DNA of 32,242 nucleotides from an uncultured Candidatus Saccharibacteria bacterium (GTDB taxonomy: Bacteria > Patescibacteriota > UBA1384 > DATEAH01 > CAYPSR01). The stretch spans positions 7,950-40,191 of the forward strand of contig CAYPSR010000003.1 in NCBI GenBank assembly GCA_964413595.1, written 5' to 3'. Each line of letters opens with the position of its first letter. Within the stretch, counting starts at the first letter, position 1. Positions 25,525 to 32,242 of this stretch are shown piece after piece. A program made the translations under genes and the position numbers. Below the pieces are notes generated by a model that ran no database searches, was not told the DNA's origin, and was given only the letters and a program-made list of their open reading frames with translations.

Positions 25525-26808
25525 TTATTTTAACTTTCCTTTTAAATTATCAACTAGTTTTTCTTGTTCAACAACTTCTTGCACTCCTTCGCCCATGCTT
25601 CTAATTATCGCTGTTCCATCTAGTATTTCTCGCTGACCAATAATGACTGTATATTGAGCTTTCAATTTATCAGCTAATTTTAACTGTGATTTTAAAGTAT
25701 TTTTAGAAAGGGCTGCACGGGCTGAAATACCTTCTGTTTTTAATAATTCTAATATTGTTAAAGCTTTTCGTTTTGCATCTTCTCCAAGCTGAGCAACAAA
25801 AACTCCGATTTTATCAGTAATATCTACTTTAATCTTTTGATTTTTTAAAGCTTCAACCATTCTCTCAATTCCAAAAGCAAAGCCAATGGCAGGAGTTGAT
25901 TTTTCTCCATATGTTTCAAATAAACCATCATATCTTCCGCCTCCCAAAATTACCAATTCTTTGTTTTTATCTTCTTTTAAAGAAACCTCAAAAACTGTTC
26001 GCGTGTAATAATCTAAGCCGCGTACTAGGTTATTGTTAACATTAAAAGTTACTCTTGATTCTTTAAGGAAGTCTTTCACTTGTGAAAAATGATCTTTACA
26101 TTGCTCGCAAACTTGTTCTTCAAACGGAGGTAGATCTTTAAAGGCTTTTTGGCAGGTAGATTTTTTGCAATCTAAAATTCGCATTGGATTTTTTGAAAGC
26201 CTTGCAAGACAATCTTTACATAAAACAGCTTTTTTCTTATTAAAATATGATTTTAAATAATCGGCTACTGGTTTTTTACATGAATTACATCCTAGGGTAT
26301 TAATTTCTAAAGAAAAGTTTTTTAATCTTAGCTCTTTTAACAAACTAAAAACTAAAGATATCATCCTAGAATCTGTTGCCGGATCTCCTGCCCCAAAAGA
26401 TTCAAAATCTATTTGATTAAATTGTCTAAATCGTCCTGACTGAGGTCTTTCATATCTAAAGCAAGGTCCCCAAGTGTAAAGCTGGACTGGTTGGGGCCAT
26501 TCGCGCATCCCGTGATTTACATACGCTCGAACTAATCCCGGGGTAATTTCTGGTCTTAATACTTGTTTATCTTTATCATCTGTTGGTTCATTACCTAGTC
26601 TTGAAACTTCAAACATTTGTTTCCCAACGATTTCAGTATCAGTTCCAGTGCCCTTTTCATACAATGAAAGATATTCAATTAATGGAGTATCAACTTTTTC
26701 AAAACCATTTATTTCAGCACTATGATTTATTGCATTTAAAATGTATGTCCAATATTTATTGTTTTCTGGCAAAATGTCTTGTGTGCCACGAACGTTTTGA
26801 AATTTCAT
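25525..26808 (-). CDS. hisS: Histidine--tRNA ligase
   Basis: RGTQDILP, LRPEIT, FRYERPQSGRFRQF, LVRGLDYYT, GGGRYD, GFAFGIER. Confidence 0.98.
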   Translation of the reverse strand: MKFQNVRGTQDILPENNKYWTYILNAINHSAEINGFEKVDTPLIEYLSLYEKGTGTDTEIVGKQMFEVSRLGNEPTDDKDKQVLRPEITPGLVRAYVNHGMREWPQPVQLYTWGPCFRYERPQSGRFRQFNQIDFESFGAGDPATDSRMISLVFSLLKELRLKNFSLEINTLGCNSCKKPVADYLKSYFNKKKAVLCKDCLARLSKNPMRILDCKKSTCQKAFKDLPPFEEQVCEQCKDHFSQVKDFLKESRVTFNVNNNLVRGLDYYTRTVFEVSLKEDKNKELVILGGGRYDGLFETYGEKSTPAIGFAFGIERMVEALKNQKIKVDITDKIGVFVAQLGEDAKRKALTILELLKTEGISARAALSKNTLKSQLKLADKLKAQYTVIIGQREILDGTAIIRSMGEGVQEVVEQEKLVDNLKGKLK

Positions 26809-26997
26809 AGGTGCCCTTTCTCTTTGTTGATGTTATTAAATATGTTTGATGTTGTTTATTGTTTAGATTAAATTTATCATGATTGGTCTACTAATTTACA
26901 AATTTGTACAAATTTTACTAATAATTTTAGCAACGTGATACCAAAACTTTAATTTTTTAGCTTTGTTTTTTAATTTAACTATTATATTTTATCACAA

Positions 26998-27023
26998 AAA
27001 CCAACCCAAAATCAAGTTGGTTT
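26998..27023 (-). terminator. Probable terminator after clpC
   Basis: AAACCAAC-N10-GTTGGTTT followed by T's on the minus strand. Confidence 0.55.
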
Positions 27024-27051
27024 AATATAAAAAACTATTTTAATGAGCACA

Positions 27052-29532
27052 TTACTTCTTTTTGATAATTATCTTGCGATCATAATTTATCAGTAGTTTT
27101 AAAGTTTTTTTTCTGGGATTATTGCGGGAAAAATTCTTTCCTAAATCAATCAAATAATCTGACAAGGGTTCTTCTATTAGATCTTGGATGGCTCTTCTGA
27201 TTGGTCTGGCTCCATTTTCAGGGTCATAGCCCATTTTCATAATTTTATCCTCAACATTGGTATTTACTTCAACCATAATATCATGATCTTTTAAGCGATC
27301 ATTTAGATCTTGAATCTGTAATTTAATGATTGATTGTAAAACTTTTCGTGTTAGTGGTTTGAAAAATATAATTTTATCCACTCTGTTTAAAAACTCAGGC
27401 CTAAAATGGTTTTTTAATTCTTTGGTAATTTTAGATTTGTAGTCCTCGTATTGTGATAGAATATCTTTTACATTATCTTTGCTAAATCCAATTTTTGCAG
27501 CGTTTCTAAATTCTTTTAATCCAATATTTGAGGTTAATATCACTATTGTATTTTTAAAATTTACTTTTTTGCCTTTAGAATCTGTTAAGTATCCATCTTC
27601 TAAAACCTGCAACAGAATATTTTGAAAATCAGGATGTGCTTTTTCGATTTCGTCAAACAGTACGACAGAATAAGGATTTCTTCTTACAGCCTCTGTCAAT
27701 TTTCCGCTGTCATCATAACCAACATATCCAGGCGGTGCACCAATCAGTTTTGAAACATTATGTTTTTCTGAGAATTCTGACATATCAAATTTGATCAAAG
27801 CCTCTGAATTTTGAAATACTTTTTCAGCAACAATCTTTGCGAGTTCGGTTTTCCCAACGCCTGTTGGACCCAAAAATATAAATGATCCCAAGGGTTTTCT
27901 TGGGTTTGAAACGCCGGTCCTTGCCCTTTTAATAGTTGATGCCACTTCTTTGGTTGCCTCATCTTGACCCTTGATATATTCTTTTAATATTTTTTCAATA
28001 TTAGTAAGTTTTTCAGCTTCGTTATAGACAATTTCCCCGAGTGGAATTCCAGTAACTTGTGAAACAACTCGTGCAACGTCTTCGGGAGTTAAATCATTAC
28101 TTTTTATTCTTATGATATTTTTATGATTTTTAATATTTTGTTTTAATGCATTTTGCTTATCTCTTATTTTTGCAGCTTTTTCAAATTCTTGATTACTAAT
28201 ATGTTCTTTTTTCTTTTCTTCTAGAATCGTTATTTGATTAAGTAAAGATTTTTTGTCGGTTTTCGATTCTTGCAATTTTAAAGATTTTTCTGATGCTGCT
28301 TCATCTAAAATATCTATTGCTTTGTCTGGGAAAAATCTATCGTTGATATACCTTTTACTAAGTTTAATTATATTTTCTAGTGTATCGTTTGGAATTGAAA
28401 TCTGATGATGTTTTTCGTATTTTGGTTTCAAGCCCTTTAAAATATCTAAGGTTTCATCAGCACTTGGTTCATGAATTACAATTTTAGCCATCCTTCGTTC
28501 TAATGCAGAATCTTTTTCGATATGTTTTCTATAATCATCAAAAGTGGTGGCTCCAATGACTCGTATCTCGCCACGTGCAAGAGCGGGTTTTAATATATTT
28601 GCTGCATCCATGGATCCCTCAGCCGATCCCGCGCCCATAATGTTGTGTATTTCATCAACAAATAAAATTGAATTTTTGTCTTTTTTGAGTCGTTTTATTG
28701 CTTTTGTCAGTCGTTCCTCAAATTCTCCACGATATTTAGTTCCAGATATCATAGATGCTAAGTCTAGACTATATATTCTTTTATTCATCAATGCAGTAGG
28801 AGCTTTACCATATGCTATAAGTTGAGCTATGCCCTCGACTATTGCGGTTTTTCCAGTTCCTGCATCACCAACTAAAACCGGGTTATTTTTAGTTTTTCGA
28901 TTTAAAACTACTATCATTCTTTCGATTTCTTTTTTTCTGCCTATTACTGGGTCTAGCTTGCCTTTTTTTGCTTTTTCAATTAAATCTGTAGCAAATTCAG
29001 TCAAGATATTTTTATTTTTTGGTTTTGACATTAAACCGGTTGAAGAAAGAATTGAATCGATTTTATCAAAATTAAAAATATCATCAAGGGGATTTTGTGT
29101 TAAACTCTCATCGCTAGATTGTTTTGGGTTAGTAAGCTTATTTGCTATGCCTTGGATATCTGCGCCATTTTCCAAAAGTATTTTATAGGCTTTGGAGTAT
29201 TTTGTTTTTAAAATTGCAAGGGTTAGGTGCTTTGGTAAAACAAATTTTGTTTTTTCTTTATGGGCCAAATAATATGCTTTTTCAATTATTGTTTTTGATT
29301 CGTCAGCCAAAACAGGTTCAGCAAAATTTACAAATTTTTGCAAACTAATGGTTAGGTGAATTTTGTCAAAGCTTATCCCCTGCATAGCAAAGATATTAGA
29401 AACCTCTTCGTTAACTTCTAAAATTCCAAGCAAAATATGCTCACTTGAAAGCGGGGTTTTCATTGTATCAGCGAATTCTTGAGCGCTATTTAAAATATTT
29501 TTTGATTCTTTTGAAAATCTATCAAAGTTCAT
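27052..29532 (-). CDS. clpC: ATP-dependent Clp protease ATPase subunit, ClpC-like
   Basis: Clp N-repeat, two AAA modules (GDAGTGKT / GPTGVGKT), UVR-type middle domain (QEFEKAAKIRD), KLIGAPPGYVGY, IGF loop. Start ATG 29532 follows AAGGAG. Confidence 0.92.
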   Translation of the reverse strand: MNFDRFSKESKNILNSAQEFADTMKTPLSSEHILLGILEVNEEVSNIFAMQGISFDKIHLTISLQKFVNFAEPVLADESKTIIEKAYYLAHKEKTKFVLPKHLTLAILKTKYSKAYKILLENGADIQGIANKLTNPKQSSDESLTQNPLDDIFNFDKIDSILSSTGLMSKPKNKNILTEFATDLIEKAKKGKLDPVIGRKKEIERMIVVLNRKTKNNPVLVGDAGTGKTAIVEGIAQLIAYGKAPTALMNKRIYSLDLASMISGTKYRGEFEERLTKAIKRLKKDKNSILFVDEIHNIMGAGSAEGSMDAANILKPALARGEIRVIGATTFDDYRKHIEKDSALERRMAKIVIHEPSADETLDILKGLKPKYEKHHQISIPNDTLENIIKLSKRYINDRFFPDKAIDILDEAASEKSLKLQESKTDKKSLLNQITILEEKKKEHISNQEFEKAAKIRDKQNALKQNIKNHKNIIRIKSNDLTPEDVARVVSQVTGIPLGEIVYNEAEKLTNIEKILKEYIKGQDEATKEVASTIKRARTGVSNPRKPLGSFIFLGPTGVGKTELAKIVAEKVFQNSEALIKFDMSEFSEKHNVSKLIGAPPGYVGYDDSGKLTEAVRRNPYSVVLFDEIEKAHPDFQNILLQVLEDGYLTDSKGKKVNFKNTIVILTSNIGLKEFRNAAKIGFSKDNVKDILSQYEDYKSKITKELKNHFRPEFLNRVDKIIFFKPLTRKVLQSIIKLQIQDLNDRLKDHDIMVEVNTNVEDKIMKMGYDPENGARPIRRAIQDLIEEPLSDYLIDLGKNFSRNNPRKKTLKLLINYDRKIIIKKK

Positions 29533-29643
29533 AAAACTCCTTTTGGTTAGATTATTAGATAAATAGAGAATCAGATAATTAGAGAACACAAAAACTTTTT
29601 ATCCATTTTTCTTTTTAACTATTTATCTTTATTGTTTCCTTCC

Positions 29644-29672
29644 AGTATAATATATATCTAAAAACAGGTCAA
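29644..29672 (-). promoter_or_regulatory. Sigma-70 promoter for clpC
   Basis: TTGACC-17bp-TATACT. Confidence 0.7.
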
Positions 29673-29676
29673 GGGG

Positions 29677-30240
29677 TTAAGCGGTGGTCGTTAAGGTTTC
29701 TAATCGTTTTAAATATTTCGTCGCGATATCTTTCTTATCGTTTGGTAATTCATCAATTGAAACAGCAATTTTAGGCATATCGAATCTCCCGTGGCCTATC
29801 CCGGAAGAATAAAATGGTAGAAAAACATCGCAATAAACAATATTTCCGCTTTGATCGACCAAGTAGTTTTTATAGTTTGTATCTAGTCTATATCCCGTTT
29901 TTTCTAATACAGAATCGATTAATTCTTTTCGTTTTACGTAATCTTTAGCGTAATCGATATAAATAATTCTTTGTCTTATTTCAAAAAATGGTTCAGAGCA
30001 TGCTGACCTAATATCTGCAATGTTATTTGGAAATATAGAATGAACCAGCTTTGTTAAATAAAAACTAGCCTTAATAAAATTTTCATTAGAAATTTCGTTG
30101 GGAATACATTTATTGGCGAAATAATGTCTATATTTGCAAAGAACCCAATTTGAATCTTCGGGGTGGACAATAACCTCTCTATGAAAGCCCCCGCCTAGAT
30201 ATCGGGTTGGTTCTTTTTCTGAAAATGGTTGAATAATCAT
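29677..30240 (-). CDS. Small protein-kinase-like fold protein (YrbL-like N-terminus)
   Basis: LGGGFHREVIVHPEDSNWVLCK (Gly-rich loop and Lys), LDTNYKNYLV (D-x4-N catalytic loop), IVYCD (Mg-binding Asp). Confidence 0.6.
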   Translation of the reverse strand: MIIQPFSEKEPTRYLGGGFHREVIVHPEDSNWVLCKYRHYFANKCIPNEISNENFIKASFYLTKLVHSIFPNNIADIRSACSEPFFEIRQRIIYIDYAKDYVKRKELIDSVLEKTGYRLDTNYKNYLVDQSGNIVYCDVFLPFYSSGIGHGRFDMPKIAVSIDELPNDKKDIATKYLKRLETLTTTA

Positions 30241-30257
30241 TTTTTAGAGCAAATTTA

Positions 30258-31574
30258 TTATTCTTCGGGTTCTTTTTTGACTTTTTCTGATTTTATATTT
30301 ATGTTAGTTTTTTTGTCAGTTGTTTTAGCGTCAGTATCTTTCTTAGATTTTTTTGCTGGTTTTTTAGGTTTTTCTTCGACCTTCGTATCTTTTGAACCTT
30401 TTTTGGTTTTTTTTGCAGGCTTTTTTGTCTCTGGTTTATTTTCTTTTATTTTGTCTTTTAATTTCTTATCTTCATCGGTTTTTTCCGTTTCTTTTTTTTC
30501 AGATGTTTCTTCTTGATTCTTAGCCCCCGACTCTTTTTTCTTGTCTTTTGCTTTTTCAATATCAATTTCATAACCAGTTAGTTTTGATGCTAATCTAACA
30601 TTTTGACCTTCTCGACCAATGGCAAGCGACAGCTGATCTTCGTCAACCACAACTTTTGCAACACCATTCTTTTTGCTTATGATCACTTTTTTAACTTTTG
30701 CTGGAGAAAGTGAGTTTTCTATAAAAGCCTTTGGCTCTTTATTCCATAAAACAATATCAATTTTTTCTTCACCAACTTCTGCTAAAACGGACTGAACTCT
30801 TGTTCCCCGCTGGCCAACACAAGACCCAATTGGATCAACTCCGTCTTGAGTTGCTATTACTGCCAGTTTTGTTCTTTTGCCTGCTTCTCTGGAAATTGCT
30901 TTAACCTCGATTGATCCAGAATTGATTTCTGGTACTTCAAGTTCGAAAAGCTTTCTAATTAGTTCTGGATGAGCGCGAGAAACCAAAATTAAAGGACCGC
31001 GGTTTGTTTTGTCAACCGTTGCTAAATATACTTTTAGTCTTTGTCCAATATAATATTTTTCATTATGCATTTGCTCAGACGGAAAAATAACACCGTTGGC
31101 TTTTCCTAGGTTAATTATTACATTTGGCCCTTCTATTTGCTGAACAACCCCAGTTAACAGACTTCCCTCTTTATCTTTAAATTCTTCAAAAATAACATCT
31201 CTTTCAAGTTCTCTGATTTTTTGAATAATAACTTGCTTAGCAGTTTGAGCAGCTATTCTGCCATACTCTTTAGGTGCTTTTAATTTTTCTTTAATTTCAT
31301 CACCAACTTTGGCTTTTTTAGATTTAACCTTTGTATTATTAATCAAAACTTCTGCTTCTGGGTTTTCAATTTCTTCAACAATCTCGAAAATTCGATAAAA
31401 CTTAGTTTCACCTGTTTTTTTATCAAATTCAGCCTCAATTTTTTGACCCTGATCACCGTAATCTTTTCTATATGCTGCAGCCAGTGCTGATTCGATGGTT
31501 GATAAAACCATGTCTTCTGTAAGACCTTTTTCGTCTGAAATTTGTCTAATTGCTGATAAAAACTCTTTATCCAT
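30258..31574 (-). CDS. nusA: Transcription termination/antitermination factor NusA with Lys-rich tail
   Basis: GRIAAQTAKQVI.QKIRE, S1 and KH domains, REAG.RTK.AV, DQLSLAIGREGQNVRLA.KLTG..IDI. Confidence 0.98.
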   Translation of the reverse strand: MDKEFLSAIRQISDEKGLTEDMVLSTIESALAAAYRKDYGDQGQKIEAEFDKKTGETKFYRIFEIVEEIENPEAEVLINNTKVKSKKAKVGDEIKEKLKAPKEYGRIAAQTAKQVIIQKIRELERDVIFEEFKDKEGSLLTGVVQQIEGPNVIINLGKANGVIFPSEQMHNEKYYIGQRLKVYLATVDKTNRGPLILVSRAHPELIRKLFELEVPEINSGSIEVKAISREAGKRTKLAVIATQDGVDPIGSCVGQRGTRVQSVLAEVGEEKIDIVLWNKEPKAFIENSLSPAKVKKVIISKKNGVAKVVVDEDQLSLAIGREGQNVRLASKLTGYEIDIEKAKDKKKESGAKNQEETSEKKETEKTDEDKKLKDKIKENKPETKKPAKKTKKGSKDTKVEEKPKKPAKKSKKDTDAKTTDKKTNINIKSEKVKKEPEE

Positions 31575-31721
31575 TTTTTCCTTTCGTGTTATTTGTCATT
31601 TATAAATAATAGTTATTTGATTTTGTTATTTTCTAATCTATTTAGGATCATGGTCTACTTATTTACTAATTTGATACTTATTTTACGAATTTTTAACATT
31701 TGTAAGATTTGTAAAAATTAG

Positions 31722-31778
31722 TCCCGACATAAAGTCGGGATCCCGATCACTATAATATTATACAGAAAAATATCGGGA
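31722..31778. repeat. Tandem TCCCGA...TCGGGA palindromes
   Basis: TCCCGAC-ATAAA-GTCGGGA immediately followed by TCCCGAT-N24-ATCGGGA. Confidence 0.65.
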
Positions 31779-31841
31779 TAAATTAGTATAATCAGATAGT
31801 GCTAGGTGTTATCTTCGGTACGCCTGATTGAGTAATGTTTT

Positions 31842-31867
31842 AAAAAATGCGTGGATTTCTCCGCGCA
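31842..31867 (-). terminator. Promoter-proximal attenuator hairpin in nusA leader
   Basis: TGCGCGGA-GAAA-TCCACGCA-TTTTTT, a few nt after the predicted transcription start. Confidence 0.65.
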
Positions 31868-31878
31868 CTTCTATGGTT

Positions 31879-31908
31879 ATATTAACATATCTAACCTTAT
31901 CTTGTCAA
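31879..31908 (-). promoter_or_regulatory. Sigma-70 promoter for nusA
   Basis: TTGACA-18bp-TAATAT with TG extension. Confidence 0.65.
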
Positions 31909-31911
31909 TAT

Positions 31912-32242
31912 TTATGCTACTTTTGTTTCTAGTTTTTTAACTCTTTTCTTTAATTTTTCAAAATCTTCAACAATTGCCATAGTATCTTCAAATTCCATTT
32001 TTTTAATTTGGTCTAGTTTTTGGATAATAGCTGAATGTTCTTTTTGATTTTCTGCAATGCTAATATCTAATTTTTGTTCTAAACTATCAATCCTTGCTCT
32101 CAAAGATTCTGCACCGGAATCAACCAACTTACCTATTTTGACATTATTTTCATCAATGCTTAAATCAACCAACTTACCTATCTTAATATTATTTTCATCA
32201 ATGCTTAAATCAACCAACTTACCTATCTTAATATTATTTTCA
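31912..32242 (-). CDS. Coiled-coil protein with 15-aa tandem repeats (5' end outside the window)
   Basis: Frame stays open to the window end (..ENNIKIGKLVDLSID..); heptad-like C-terminus. Confidence 0.75.
   Translation of the reverse strand, partial: ENNIKIGKLVDLSIDENNIKIGKLVDLSIDENNVKIGKLVDSGAESLRARIDSLEQKLDISIAENQKEHSAIIQKLDQIKKMEFEDTMAIVEDFEKLKKRVKKLETKVA
32118..32242. repeat. 45-bp coding tandem repeat, at least 2.8 copies
   Basis: AATCAACCAACTTACCTAT... begins at 32118, 32163 and 32208 with no spacers; it runs off the window. Confidence 0.95.

Noticed and set aside
29533-29672. CIRCE or CtsR heat-shock operator upstream of clpC
   Set aside because: Neither TTAGCACTC-N9-GAGTGCTAA nor a GGTCAAA direct-repeat pair is present.
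2817-30516. Short antisense or out-of-frame ORFs in the track (e.g. 2817, 6494, 9797, 12256, 13952, 16717, 22802, 24263, 28544, 28829, 30229)
   Set aside because: They overlap well-supported genes or repeats and have no motifs or RBS; treated as shadow ORFs.
32118-32242. CRISPR array
   Set aside because: Units are contiguous with no spacers, are a multiple of 3 and lie in an open frame; no cas genes.

Overview
Low-GC bacterial chromosome segment. The gene content (two membrane-anchored TrwB/VirD4-like ATPases, a sigma4 + HARE-HTH protein, a four-helix-bundle gene, many short intergenic palindromes) suggests Patescibacteria/CPR; this is inference, and the genetic code is 11. Housekeeping genes are secF (5' truncated), lexA, truB, hisS, clpC and nusA, interleaved with a HIT hydrolase, a CapA-type metallophosphatase, a lytic transglycosylase, an M50-type peptidase and orphans. 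Transcription converges on a 1.1 kb non-coding region (849-1964). That region holds a 28-bp 11-6-11 dif-like palindrome, further copies of its arm and an IS1595 remnant, and is a candidate replication terminus beside the ATPase cluster. Other notable signals: a multi-branched structured 5' leader before the transglycosylase, an anti-SD pseudoknot-like leader before lexA, a promoter-proximal terminator before nusA, a 28-bp dispersed repeat embedded twice in-frame in one ATPase, and several leaderless genes. No rRNA, tRNA, CRISPR array or intact mobile element was seen. All family calls come from motif recognition by eye, not from searches.
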